A stretch of 64,000 nt of DNA from Octopus vulgaris (GCA_951406725.2 OX597829.1:5084001-5148000); one strand, 5' to 3'. Counted from the first letter of the stretch, positions 31,906 to 45,730 are shown. Notes: generated from the letters alone by a model not told the origin. Translations and numbers: made by a program.

Positions 31906-31937
31906 TGATAATAATAATAATAATAATCATAGTAATG

Positions 31938-32010
<73 letters not shown>

Positions 32011-32054
32011 TAATAATAATAATAATAATGATAATAATAATGATAATAATAATG

Positions 32055-32123
<69 letters not shown>
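31906..32123. repeat. (AAT)n microsatellite
   Basis: Direct reading. Confidence 0.95.
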
Positions 32124-32125
<2 letters not shown>

Positions 32126-32126
32126 T

Positions 32127-32630
32127 CTCATGGCTTCTGATCTTAACTGATTGGAAGTGTTATCATGTACATTGTTTCGTCTTGGTATAAAAGATGGGCT
32201 ACAGCAAATATTTTGCTCAATACCACAGATTTGCTTGTCAGTTGTTTGACCTTAACCTGTTGAGCATGTCCCTTGGTGGCTGATGATATGTGTATCTCTG
32301 ATTACAAGCTGAAGTAGTGGGGGAGCATCATAGCCATGTGTTGAGAGGGATTCTTTGGGATATGAATAATTCACCTCTGGAAACATGGGTGTTTCATTCA
32401 ACATCCTTAAACAACCCTTATTCAGGGACCTTTTGAGCAGGATGGACTACTTGACCAGAAGAACCTTCTAACTGGGCCCCACCTGCAAGGTCATGTGCTG
32501 TTTATCTTGATATGAGATCACCATGTCGCGCACATATGGTTGTGATGCATGTGCCTAGTGTAGACGGGTGTACTGGGCTTCGTATATTTTACCCCAGTGT
32601 CACTTTCATGGCATGCGCTGCTCTCTCACA
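32127..32630 (-). mobile_element. (AAT)n-embedded dispersed repeat, possibly Dong/R4-related and non-autonomous
   Basis: Highly similar to 38367-38826; both copies flanked by (AAT)n on each side. Family and strand are inference. Confidence 0.6.
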
Positions 32631-33735
32631 TAATAATAATAATAATAATAATAATTTGTCTGTATAAATGCATCATGTTTATTTTGGCCACCTGTGTAAG
32701 CAAATAACCTTTGCTTGTAAAGACCTAACTAGTTAGGGTTCACTTTGGCTGAGCATAACTTTTATACTCAATAAGAAAGATCATTTCTTTGGTGATTCAA
32801 ATATGGCATGGCAGCAGCAGCAGATAAATTTACTATAAGGAGATGTAAATTGCTAGCAATAACAGCCAAATTTTCTCCACGTCACTATCTACACACTTTA
32901 TAAATATACAGAACTAATTTACTGTTGTATTTTGATTAAAATAGCCATCAGCATATCATATTTAAAGCAAATATATTGTTTAAGATAAATATATTGGTAA
33001 CAGACAAAAACCATCCAGCAGCATTGGTGAGAATGCTAGATGCACATTTCTTATTTGTTAGATTTTGTGAGTAGGTACTCACTGCCAAGTACACCTGTAG
33101 GCAAAATCCCTCATCAGCAGTGAATATATACTAAAGACAAACACAAGGTATAAATGTGCATCTACCATTCTCACCAATGGGATGGGACCATTTCTATCTG
33201 TTACTGATATATTTGTTTTTTTTAAGCATAGAACAAACACATAAAAATTTTGTCTCTGGATGAATACAGGAATTAATTTGCTTTTTCACAATATCTTTAT
33301 TAAGTTTGATACACATAGGGGTGTGTATATATGTGTATGTATGTATTCCTATATAAACTACCTAGGTATTAGACATACTAAACCAATATCATAATCATCA
33401 TCGTTATCATCATTTTAAACCTGAATTCATTATCATTGAGCCTGTTGCTCAAGTTGAGTCAAGAAACGAGCCTTTCTGAAGTCGTTCATTTTGTTAGAAA
33501 TATAAGCCAAATCTCTCTAAAATCACACCCTATCATCTCCAAAAAGAAGGGTGTAGTGTATAATGTTGCCCTAAATATTCCACAATTATATAAAAGATGG
33601 ATGATCACTGACAAAATGCCTTCTGTCATAAGTTTACTAAACCTGGGCTAACCTGGAATTAAACAACAACAAAGAAATTTAAACAAAAAGTGTAAAATAA
33701 TTTCTTAAGAGAGGTAGAATAAATAGAAAACAAAC

Positions 33736-33873
33736 CTTGATTTGTCAAATAATGCAAGTTATCGTTTCCAATCCAGAATTCAGCATCCAAGTTGCCAAAA
33801 CCCTTCTTATACTCATTCCACCGTTTGAAAAAGTCAACACTGCCATCCTGTCTTTTCTGGAAAACCACCCAAC
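33736..33873 (-). CDS. FReD protein, internal exon (138 bp, phase 1-1)
   Basis: attttag|GT TGG GTG: [47 protein letters not shown]|gtttgt. Confidence 0.95.
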
Positions 33874-34248
33874 CTAAAATAGAAATATAATTTATTTTAA
33901 AAGAATTAATAAATTAATAAAGTCATCAAAACATAAATTATTTTATCAACTGAAAAAGTTGAAAGGCAAAATTAATGTTGGCTGGTAACATTAACTAAAT
34001 ACAAGGTATTTTGTTCAATATTCAACTAATTCTGCTCCCCAGTTACCCCTTTTCGGTGGCTGAAAATTGATTTCCTGCACAAACACATTGGAACCTATTT
34101 TGAAGTATGTGTGTAACTGATGTAATTAACTCCAAGTTATTATTTCATCAATTACCAGAAATAAAAAGTCAATTAAGATGTGATTTGAAACTTGAAACAA
34201 AACTGTGTAATTTAAAATACTGCAAGTCATTTTATTTGCTGTTCGTCA

Positions 34249-34306
<58 letters not shown>

Positions 34307-34340
34307 GTAGTAGTAGTAGTAGTAGTAGAAGTAGTAATAC

Positions 34341-34384
<44 letters not shown>

Positions 34385-34402
34385 GTAGTAGTAGTAGTAG
34401 TA

Positions 34403-34437
<35 letters not shown>

Positions 34438-34438
34438 T
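34249..34438. repeat. (AAT)n/(AGT)n microsatellite
   Basis: Direct reading. Confidence 0.95.
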
Positions 34439-34575
34439 ATTTCTAATATATATAGACACAAGGTCACAAAAATTGACAAAGAGCACAATATTTAAAAGAA
34501 GGATACAATATTTAGAGAATATCTGTTATAATATTTAAAGTGTGAATTTATGATGTTGATAAATAATTATCATCA

Positions 34576-35843
34576 TCTAATATAGTAAATGCAAAGACTA
34601 ATTTCTGTGTGTCAGTGTATCACAACCTCCCTCACTATTCAATGACATTCCTACTATTCCTCATGATGCAGTGAGAGTAATAGTAGACATAGAGATGGTG
34701 AGGGAGGTGGCAAAGACAGAGAAAGAGAGAAAGAAAAAGTGAGGGAGAAAAAAAAAGAGAGACAAAGAAATTTAGGGAGTGTTGATGATGTTTTATTAAA
34801 AGTAGTAGTGTTGATGGGAATAATAATAAAAGGGGAGAAAGAGTAGGTGTATGAGGGAGAGTGGGAGATGATGTACAACTTTGTTTAACCATGTCCCTTT
34901 GAGAGAAATTCCTGTCACCAACAGACTGAACACTATCATTTTTTTAATATTTTTTGCTGTCTTTTATATATATATACATACACACACACACATATATAAA
35001 ATAAACTTTAATTGAAATAAAGTTTCCCCAAAATTAAACATATCTAATAATTTTAATAAAAATTTCTACAGGAAGTAGAAGGCCTCAAATTTTCGGAGAA
35101 GGGTTTAAGTCGATTACATTGATCCCAGTATGTAACTGGTATTAATTTTATTGACTCGAAAGGTTGAAAGGCAAAGTTGATCTCAGTGGAATTGAAACTC
35201 AAAACCTAACGGCAGATAAAATACTACTAACCATTTCACCCGGCATGCTAACAATTCTGCCAGCTCACTGCCTTAATATGATATAATAATATAATATAAT
35301 ATAATAAATGTGAATGTCAGTGTGTCAGTGTGTCACAATTTTTCAACTTTACTCATAGAGGCCGTAGCCCAACATATCATACCATTTTGGAATCAGGCTG
35401 ACACCATGAGTAAATTAAAAACATTCCAGGCCATATCTGGACCCACAATCCTGGAATTTTGGATTCCCAAGTTTTCATTACCGTTATTGTTTCTTGCTAT
35501 TTTTTAAGTGACTTTTTGCGACAAATTCTTTTTGTGCAATAACAATTTTTATAATCTAAAGGCTAACTCCATAAGTAAATTAAAAACATTACAGGCTGAA
35601 TCCAGCCTGCAATCCTGAAATTCTCGATTCCTATGCTTACATTACTGTAATTGTTTTTGGCAATTATTTTTGAATGATTTTTTTGTAACGAATGTGGTCA
35701 TGATTGGGATATGACTCTGGAGGAAACAATTGCAACAAATTCTGCAAAACAAGTCAGAGATCTGTTTAAAGATCTTCCCATTCAGGGTCAGTTGCTTAAA
35801 AGCTGTATGCTAACTTAAAAGCTATCGAGTGGCTTTTAAGCTA
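34576..35843 (+). mobile_element. Non-autonomous Helitron-like composite element, copy 1
   Basis: Starts A|TCTAATATAGTAAATGC; ends with hairpin CTTAAAAGC-N9-GCTTTTAAG then CTA; internal ~165-bp tandem subrepeat and embedded SINE C; inverted homolog at 50890-52195. Confidence 0.65.
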
Positions 35844-35971
35844 CTTTGCCTTTCATCCTTTCGGGGTCGATAAATTAAGTACCAGTTACACACTGGGGTC
35901 GATGTAATCGACTTAATCCGTTTGTCGGTCCTTGTTTGTCCTCTCTGTGTTTAGCTCCTTGTGGGTAGTAA

Positions 35972-35973
<2 letters not shown>
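35843..35973 (+). mobile_element. SINE family C, 3' part
   Basis: Near-identical to 16757-16889. Confidence 0.8.
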
Positions 35974-36007
<34 letters not shown>

Positions 36008-36135
36008 GGTCACAATGCATGACCCCATACTACTACTACTACTACTACTTAGCATTCATTCTGGAGATGAAAACCCACTGAAGTCAACCTTGTTTTCATG
36101 CTTCCATGGTTGGTAAAATAACTTTAGAAAAATTA

Positions 36136-36289
36136 ATGGCTGTGTGGTAAGTAGCTTGTTTACCAACCACATGGTTCCAGGTTCAGTCCCACTGCATGGC
36201 ACTTTGGGCAAGTGTCTTCTACTATAACCTCGGGCCGACCAAAGCCTTGTGAGTGGATTTGGTAGACGGAAACTGAAAAAAGCCCGTCG

Positions 36290-36343
<54 letters not shown>

Positions 36344-36355
36344 TGTGTCTGTGTT
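36136..36355 (+). mobile_element. SINE family A, 5' half
   Basis: Matches other copies. Confidence 0.8.
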
Positions 36356-36457
36356 TGAGAGAGAGAGAGAGAGAGAGAGTATTAATTAATAAATTATGTA
36401 TAATTCTAAGTGATATTTAACCCTTTATGATAGAATAATCAACATTTTCATACTTAC

Positions 36458-36577
36458 CAGAGTCATTAAAAATGCGACATTGCACTTTGAATTTATAGGG
36501 TGCATTTTTGGGCCTAATCGTCACAAAAAATACCCCTTTTAATTTTCTTCCACTACGTTCATACATTTCATGACAAT
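36458..36577 (-). CDS. FReD protein, first domain exon (120 bp, phase 1-1); missing from the ORF track
   Basis: ttttcag|AT TGT CAT: (D)CHEMYERSGRKLKGVFFVTIRPKNAPYKFKVQCRIFNDS G|gtaagt; DC...I.P...F.V.C is the usual FReD start and joins in frame to GWVVFQKR. Confidence 0.9.
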
Positions 36578-37027
36578 CTGAAAAATACAAGCAAATCTCT
36601 TATTAATAAAACATATAAAATATTCAAGATTGGAGAGTTTTCACAGTAGAAGCCATTTTTCATATCATCTTATTATCATTTAATGCCTATTTTTTATGCT
36701 GTCAAGGGGTTGGATGGTCTAACAGGATCTGGTGATCCTCAGGGCTAGATTGTGCTATCATCCAGTAAACTTTTTATGTTTCACCTATTCAAAATTATAT
36801 ACCCTTCTGTGTTATTCCTACCTTTGTTACTTGAGCCATTCTTCAGAATAATAAATATATAAACAGAAGATACAAATATTACAGACATTTCCCTCCCTCC
36901 ACGCACTAACTAAACATAGATGCACATAGAGATATACGCATGCGCAAATGAAGACACATACAATAGAAATACAAAATGGCTGACGGTTAGTAAGGAGAGA
37001 CACACAAATAAGAAAGAAGAAAGCAAA

Positions 37028-37072
37028 GGACCACTGATGAGGTCACAGAAGTGTGACGAAAGAACTCTGGCC
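37028..37072 (+). ncRNA. Minimal type I hammerhead ribozyme motif
   Basis: GG(A)CCA CUGAUGA G GUCAC-AGAAGU-GUGAC GAAA G-AA-C UC|UGG-CC. Confidence 0.65.
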
Positions 37073-37589
37073 GAAATAAGATTAAGATTAATGTAAAAAA
37101 TAAATAACACTGAAGCAAAGTAACACCAAATATATAGTGCGTGTGTTTGTCATTGGCTAAACTGGCAAAATGACCATTCTGAAATACAACAATATCTGTT
37201 TCAACACACGATTTCACATCAAAAATCTTGCACAACAAATATATAAGTGTAATAAATATGTCCGCAATGGTATTGGTCTATGTTGCTTTGTCACCTATTC
37301 TTCACACTGTTATTTTTACCTCATCTCTTCTTTTGAGGAAGCTAATTATGTAATTAGTGTTCTTCCATGTTACTTGTTGTTACTATTAGAAAACACCACA
37401 ACACTTTCAAAGAATATTTGAAATATCAAGAGACAAAGAAGAAACTACCAGCATTTTATGAATAGTCTTAGATAAAACACTTTAGAATGGATCAAACTTT
37501 TGTGAGTTCTACAGTTCTGCCTCGAAAAACAAAATAACTGTTAGCTACCATTCTTCCTAGATTTAAATTAAACAAAATAAATATTGATT

Positions 37590-37800
37590 TCAAATTTTGG
37601 CACAAGACCAGTAATTTTGGAGGATGGAGTAAGTTGATTGCATCAACCTCAGTGATCAGCTGGTACTCATCTTACTAACCCCAAGAAGCTGAAGACAGAG
37701 TTGATCTCAGTGGAATTTGAACTCAGAATGTAAAGACGAATGAAATGCTGCGAAGCATTTTTCCTGGTATGCTAATGATTCTGCCAGCTGGAGCCACCTT
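37590..37800 (-). mobile_element. SINE family C (older copy)
   Basis: Matches 16660 reversed. Confidence 0.7.
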
Positions 37801-38029
37801 AAAATGAATAAATATTGACCTGCTGACACTTGTGCCCAAATTCATTTTTGGACATTTCAAAAATAGTTACTCCATGAATCATAACATGCAATGACTAACC
37901 AACTAAACTTCAAGTCATTTTATTGCTTTCAGCTGACATATTTGGTCAACTGACCAAATGGAACTGCAGGTTGCATATATAACTGTTTAACTCATATAAA
38001 TCAGTATATGCATAACTCTACACATATAC

Positions 38030-38310
38030 ATTATTTACATTATTTACATTATTTACATTTGACGGATATTTATCTTCATCTTATTTGTTGTTAACACGTT
38101 TCGGCAGATGTATTTCGAACCTGAGTTCTCATTCTTAAGGTATTTTTTGATGTTATCATTATTATTATTCAGGTCACTGCCTGGAATTGAACTTGGAATC
38201 TTGGGGGTTAGTAGCCTGTACTCTTAACCACGACACCATATGCCTGTGGTGAAGTGGTTAAGAGCGTGGGCTACTAACCCCAAGATTCTAAGTTCAATTC
38301 CAGGCAGTGA

Positions 38311-38369
<59 letters not shown>

Positions 38370-39010
38370 GGCTACAGCAAATATTCTGCTCAATACCACA
38401 GATTTGCTTGTCAGTTGTTTGACCTTAACCAGTTGAGCATGTCCCTTAGTGGCTGATGATATGTGCATCTCTGATCACGAGCAGAAGTAGTGGGGGAGCA
38501 TCATAGCCATGTGTTGAGAGGGATTCTTTGGGGTTTGAATAGTTCACCTCTGGAAACATGGGTGGTTCTTTCAACATCCTTAAACAACCCTTATTCAGGG
38601 ACCGTTTGAGCGGGATGGGCTACTCAACCTGAAGAAAATTCTAACTGGGCCCCACCTGCAAGGTCATGTGCTGTTTATCTTAATATGAGATCACCATGTC
38701 GCGCACATATGGTTGTGATGCATGTGCCTGGTGTACCTTTATCAGACGGGTAGTCATGATGGGTATATTGGGCTTCGTATATTTTACCCCAGTGTCACTT
38801 TGATGGCATGAACTGCTCTCTCACTCAATAATAATAATAATAATAATAATGATAAGAAGAAGAAGAAGAAGAAGATCAAAAAATACCTTAGGAATGAGAA
38901 CCCAGGTTTGAAATATATCAGTCGAAACGTTGTGTTAACAACAAACAAGATGAAGATAAATATCCGTCAAACGTAAATAATGTAAATAATGTACATAATT
39001 GCTCATCTCT
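38030..39010. repeat. Nested inverted composite (pLTR-like arms, tRNA-like palindrome, AAT-embedded repeat)
   Basis: 38030-38152 versus 38876-38995 inverted; 38161-38231 versus 38254-38325 inverted; 38367-38826 matches 32127-32630. Confidence 0.8.
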
Positions 39011-39069
39011 TAAACATAACACTGTATCTACATATATACTCCCCAAAAAGTAATAGTGAGAAATTTTAT

Positions 39070-39116
<47 letters not shown>

Positions 39117-39273
39117 TAAATATATATATATAATGTGTGTGTGAGTGTGTGTGTGAGTGTGTGTGTGTGTTTGCATGTATCAGCGCTCAGCAATCTTTTT
39201 TTACCTGCAGTAAACTTATATTCTTTTCAAAATATGGTGGTACACCTACCATTGTCTCATGGCAGAGCACTGC

Positions 39274-39304
<31 letters not shown>

Positions 39305-39314
39305 TAAATGTCAC

Positions 39315-39616
39315 CCTTTTAAAGCCTAGCCAGGCTCATGGGCCCGTTTTCCCGGTTTCTGTGGCATATGTGTTCCCCCCAGCTCGACGGGACACCAGTT
39401 CATCGCAAGCGTTACTCAAGAAACAGGAAGAGAGAGTGAGAGAAAGTTGGGACGAAAGAGTACAACAGGGGTTGCCACCAGCCCCTGCCAGAGCCTCATG
39501 GAGCTTTTAGGTGCTTTCACTCAATAAACACACACAATGCCCGGTTTGGGAATCGAAACCGCGATCCTCCAACCATGAGTCCACTGCCCTAACCACTGGG
39601 CCATTGCGCCTCCACG
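39315..39616 (-). mobile_element. SINE family B variant
   Basis: Shares head with 14228-14588, different 3' part. Confidence 0.75.
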
Positions 39617-39617
39617 G

Positions 39618-39672
<55 letters not shown>

Positions 39673-40830
39673 TTATGTACATCAGTGTTGTCATCCTTTC
39701 CCTCTTTCTCATTTTCATCATTTTTACATCCTTTTTCCATGTTGGCATGTGCTAGACAAAATTTGTTGAGCAAGTTTTTCTACCACTAGAGGTTCTTCCT
39801 GTTAATAACAACTGTCTGATTTTCAACATGGGTTATTTTCATTCCCTTGGTTCTCACACTATGAAACCAATAAAGCCACTGAAACAGTGTTTACGTTTGG
39901 AGAATGTAAACAATTCCAATTATTTTTCCCAGGTGGTCATAATGAGGCCACAAGGAAATGGCATTCACACACACACACACGAACACATATACGCATAAAT
40001 ATTTTTACTTATGAATATGCATGCATATGTGTGTGTGTGTGTATCATAAAGGAAGATAAATAGATATTCATTTGATTAATTCATGCTACATATGTTTCAA
40101 TAGAATGGTAATTTATCCATATTTACAATGCATTACATAATATGATGTGATATTACAAAATTTTCCTTTTTCACTACTCAATATGATTTATCACCAGCCA
40201 TCGCAGCAGGCATCATGAAACATCAATAGGAAGGTCAGTCCACAGATAAATTACCGTGCTTTTGAATAGTATGTAACATGTGTTAAACAAATAACGACCA
40301 GTTCATTTTCATGCATATTATTTTCTCACCACATGACATGCACAGAAAATGTTGTAACAGAAATTGCAGTTTCAATATCATTTAACAAGTTAATATTGAG
40401 CTGATTCCTCTTCAGTTACGGTAATAGACTTAGAATGTTCATCAGTATTTCTCCAAAGTGCTTTGCTAGCCAAATACAGACTGGAGTGTTTCCGAATTGA
40501 TAAACATCAGGATTGAGATCCACACCAGCTGATATAAATATAAATACAAATATAAATATACATACATATATATATATATGTATATGTTGTCTGTCTTTAC
40601 ACTCTGAGTTCAAGACCTGCTGAGGTCTACTTTGCCTGGGGTCATCATCATCATCGTCATCGTCATCATTTAATGTCTGTTGTCCATACTGGGTGGGTTA
40701 GTCATTTTAACTAGGGTTGGTAAGCTGAAAGGTTGCACCAGGCTCCAATGTGATCTGGCAGTGTTTCTACAGCTAGATGCCCTTCCTAACACCAATCACT
40801 ATGAGACTGTAATGGGTATTTTTATACATA

Positions 40831-40878
<48 letters not shown>

Positions 40879-40958
40879 CACATATGGCTAGAGATAGAAG
40901 AGATGACCCCCCCTCGCAAATATTAATCAATCACGGAATGTTATATAATATATACATA

Positions 40959-42154
40959 CAAGGGAGTACTCAAAAGTAACCACAAGCCAGTTGCAGCTCA
41001 GACTTCCGCTGCTGGAAAACACTTGATGCAAACCTCAGGCATCAATCTGCCAACCAGCGTTTTGCACTGCTTCTTCCCCTATGCGCCAATTTTTGCAATG
41101 GCTGAAACAAGGGAACAACATACTTCTGTGAAACTGTTTTCTCTTGGGGAAAATGGCAGCCTAAACAGTTGTCATGCTTCAAACAGCTTACAAGGACGCT
41201 GCCCTGAGCAAATCACAAGTTTATGAGTGGTTTTCATGCTCTAGAAATGGTCACTTGTCACTTGAAGATCAACCTTGTTCAAGATGACTGTTGACTCCCC
41301 AGACGAATGAAGAAAACTTGAAAGTTCATAAACTGATCTTGGAGGACCATCACTGAACAATTGACTTGTTGAGATGACTTGTGTGACTAAGAGCTCCTTC
41401 TAATGAATTTTGAGTGAGGAATTGCAAAAGAAAAGAGTTTCCACTAAATCTGTGCCTCACTTGCTCATGAAAGATCAAAAGCAGTCACAACTGAACATGT
41501 GTCATGAGCTGAAAGAACAGCTGAGAGCTGAACCAGACCTTTTTTTGAAGGTCATTATTGGTGACAAAAGCTGGTTCTATGGTTACGAACCAGAAACGAA
41601 GCAGGAATCAAGTCAATGGAAGTATTCAATATTACCACACCCCAGAAAAGTGCAAGACAATGTGAAAGGAATTTTCTACACGGAATTTGTTCCTCCTTGT
41701 CAAACTGTTAACCAGACATTTTACTTTGAAGTTCTGAAGCATTTGCGAGATGCAGTGAGATGAAGTGTCACAAGCTGTAGTAAAGTGGAGAGTGGTGGCA
41801 CATTCTGTCTTGAGCATGTGACAGTTTTTGATGAAAAATTGCATGACACCAGTTACACACCCTCCCTATTCACCCAATCTTGTTCTTTGTGACATTTTTT
41901 GTTCTCCTGAACGATTAGAGTCCTTAGCGGAAAATGTTTTGCAGATGTGAAAGAAGTGAAGCCAAAATGGCAGAGACATTAAAAGGCATCACTTCACAAG
42001 AGTTCCAGCACTGCTTCAAACAGTGGAAAACACATTTGGACCAATGTATTGCTTCAAATGGAGAATTCTTTGAAGGCAAAAAAAGTGTAAACATGTAAGA
42101 CTAAGTAAATGAAAGGATATTGCAAAACTCCGGTTTCTTTTGGGTAGCCCCTCA
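40959..42154 (+). mobile_element. Mariner DD34D fossil
   Basis: TA|CAAGGGAGTACTCAAAAG ... CTTTTGGGTAGCCCCTCA|TA; VIIGDKSWFYGYEPETKQESSQW, HPPYSPNL. Confidence 0.85.
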
Positions 42155-42609
42155 TATATACATATATACATACATACACACTCACACACACTATATGATT
42201 GGCTTCCTCACAGATTTCAGTTACCTACACCACTGACAAGGTATTGGTTATCTGAGGACATATTAGAAGACATTTTGCCCAAAGTGCCATGCAATAGAAT
42301 TGAACCCAGTTCCACATTGCAATAAAGTGGACCTTGTAATAACACAGATATGCATGTGCTAGTATTGGTGCATTAATATGCAAGTACAGCAATAATGCAA
42401 AAAAGCACTTGAAAATGTAAGCAAACCACATATTCCAATAAACTTTTCTGCTTATTTACAGCCACAAAATATATATGGACATGGGACGTCTTCCAGACAA
42501 AATTCCAAAATGTGATATTAGGGGAATTTACTGTTTACTGTTAATGGAATCTAAAACTAACTTATAGAAACGATTTATTACAATAATTATAGAAATAAAT
42601 ACTTCACAT

Positions 42610-42992
42610 GGAAGCACTCCTTCAGTTACGACGACGAGGGTTCCGGTTGATCCGATCAACAGAACAGCCTGCTCGTGAAATTAACGTGTAAGTGGTTGAG
42701 CACTCCACAGACACGTGCACCCTTAACGTAGTTCTCGGGGATATTCAGCGTGACACAGAGAGTGACAAGGCCGGCCCTTTGAAATACAGGTACAACAGAA
42801 ACAGGAAGTAAGAGTGAGAGAAAGTTGTGGTGAAAGAGTACAGCAGGGATCACCACCATCCCCTGCCGGAGCCTCGTGGAGCTTTTAGGTGTTTTCGCTC
42901 AATAAACACTCACAACGCCCAGTCTGGGAATCGAAACTGCGATCCTACGACCGCGAGTCCGCTGCCCTAACCACTGGGCCATTGTGTCTCCA
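42610..42992 (-). mobile_element. SINE family B
   Basis: Matches 14228-14588. Confidence 0.85.
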
Positions 42993-43079
42993 TATACTTC
43001 ACATATATAATGAAAGTCATTTGCTAAAAAAGACATGAAGCATGTTTGTGTTATTGATATTTCAAGTGACTCTGTACAT

Positions 43080-43496
43080 ACTCTTTTTACTTGTTTCAGT
43101 CATGTGACTGTGGCCATGCTGGAGCACTGCCTTTAGTCGAGCAACTCGACTCCAGGACTTATTCTTTGTAAGCCTAGTACTTATTCTATCGGTCTCTTTT
43201 GCCAAACCGCTAAGTTACGGGGACGTAAACACACCAGCATCGGTTGTCAAGCGATGTTGGTGGGGAAGAAACAAAGACACACAAACACACACACACATAC
43301 ACACACACGCACACACATATATATATATGCATATATACGACGGGCTTCTTTCAGTTTCAGTCTACCAAATCCACTCACAAGGCTTTGGTCGGCCCGAAGC
43401 TATAGTAGAAGACACTTACCCAAGGTGTCACGCAGTGGGACTGAACCCGGAACCATGTGGTTCGTAAGCAAGCTACTTACCACACAGCCACTCCTA
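43080..43496 (-). mobile_element. SINE family A
   Basis: Matches other copies. Confidence 0.85.
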
Positions 43497-44929
43497 CACC
43501 TATCATTGGTTTTTGCGGCAAAATCTTTACACAACTTTTTTTAGTAATTCTGTTTATAAAGATATCATACAAATGTCTCACTAGCAGAAACATGGTCATG
43601 TCCAGGACTATGTTGTTCAATGTGTTCTTTCTGTTTTCAGGTAGTAGGGTGTGATTTATTGGTGATTTGATCTACATTCATGCATGTCAAGCATGAAGAG
43701 GTTCTCTCATTGGCTTGTAGCCATACTGCTTTGACTGCATCATGAAATTATTTGTCTTTGTCTAATAAAACCTGATAATTAAATCATACAGGGTGAGTTG
43801 GGACAGCGCAACATATGGTCGTCTCGCTTCTTACTTTTGCGTTTTTCATTTTTCTATATTCAGATAGCTCTGGCTAAGTGCCAATGGGTGTGGTACGAGT
43901 TTTTCTCCATGAGTCTCAAAATTTAGAAAGAAAAAGAGTGTTTGGAAGAAAATAGAAAACAAAAAAAAAAGAAGAAAATGAAGCAAATATTCATGCTATT
44001 TTTTAAGTTTGTTTAGGACGTTCTAAGTTTACATATTTAAAAAGTAAAAATGTTTACATGGGTATATATTGTTATCAGTTTCTACTTTATATACATCTAA
44101 ATATATTCAAGTACAATGTACACAAAAACCTGTATATCCATATACACATACATATACTCATATGCACATGCATATACACACACACACACACACTCTCTCT
44201 CTCTCTTTCTGTCTCTCACACACACACTCACTCTCACTCGCTCTCTCTCTCTTCCTTACACACACACACACACACACACACACAAATCTATCTACCTATC
44301 TGTATATGCATCTTTGAGTTTATATGAGTGTATGCATATGAGAGTTTGTATGTGTGTACGTATTTGTTAGTTTATTCAAAACTCGTTTCACTCATTATTT
44401 CAAGTTTCGTTAAATGTGATATTTTTGTATGTGCATGTGTGAAGATGTATGTGTGTGTGTGTACACATGTATGTATGTGTATGCGTGTGTGCTATTTCAT
44501 GGTTTAAAAGGGCCAAATAAATGTTTTTACGCTATTTGTTCCATGGCCTGTGTGAGTAGCTGATTTCTTCTCCATATCACCTATCTGATAATTCCTTACC
44601 AAAGTACTCTTTAGCCCTGTTAAATGGCATTAATTTTTTTTTTTTAGCAAAGTACACTTAAATGTTTGCTGCTGCTTTTTGGTACATGTCTGATAACGCT
44701 TAGTCTGTGGTTGGGTTGGGTTTGGAATTCTTAAACATCTCATGGGACTTAAGCATGGCAGCAGCTAGAAAGTATACCATTTCAAGATTACCTTTGCTGT
44801 TATCTCCGTGTAAAACTTACTGGTAATTATTGTAATTACTTATTTTCTAAAAGTACTAATTGCACAACCATGCATTAAACTATGAGCTTGTCATCCCTAT
44901 GTAGATCTATACTAAAACTATATCATATA

Positions 44930-45113
44930 CTCTTTGGCTTGTTTCAGTCAGTTGAGTGTGGCCATGCTGGAGCACCGCCTTTAGTTGAGCAAATCTTTGT
45001 AAGCCTTGTACTTATTCTATTGGTCTCTCTTGCCGAACCGCTAAGTTACAGGGACCTAAACACAGTAGCATCAGTTGTCAAGCGATGTTGGGAGAACAAA
45101 CACAGACATACAT

Positions 45114-45165
<52 letters not shown>

Positions 45166-45444
45166 CGCTGTATATATATGTATATATATATATATATGTA
45201 TATATATTGTTATATTTCGGAATGGTCATATTGCCAGTTTAGCCAATAATATACATATATATTATAATATACATATGCATATGGATATGGATATACAGAC
45301 ACACACATACACATACATACACACACACATACATGTATGTATGTATGTATGTATATAATATGTTTGTATATGTATATATGTAAATGTATACACACACACA
45401 CACACAAATACATATATATTTGCACAACAAATATTTAAACGTAC

Positions 45445-45488
<44 letters not shown>

Positions 45489-45730
45489 ATGTGTGTGTGT
45501 GTATATGTTTGTGTGTCTGTCTTTGTCCCTCCCAACAGCGCTTGACAACCGATGCTGCTGTGTTTACATCCCCGTAACTTAGTGGTTCGACAAAAGAGAC
45601 CGATGGAATAAGTACTATTCTTACAAAGAGTAAGTCCTGGAGTCGATTTGCTCGACTAAAGGCAGTGCTCCAGGATGGCCATACTCAAATGACTGAAACA
45701 AGTAACAGAGTAAAAGAGAGTAAAGAGAGT
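44930..45730. mobile_element. Two SINE A 3' halves in inverted orientation
   Basis: 44930-45115 (-) and 45495-45730 (+), both lacking tRNA heads. Confidence 0.75.

Noticed and set aside
32127-32630. HDV-like ribozyme at the end of the AAT-embedded repeat
   Set aside because: Could not build the nested double pseudoknot by eye; needs a motif search.
35310-35507. Duplicated small ORF (also 51186-51443) as a gene pair
   Set aside because: Falls within the duplicated Helitron-like element; no known motif.
40416-40530. Possible upstream FReD exon
   Set aside because: The open frame ends in a phase incompatible with the next exon, the donor is weak and no motif is recognisable.
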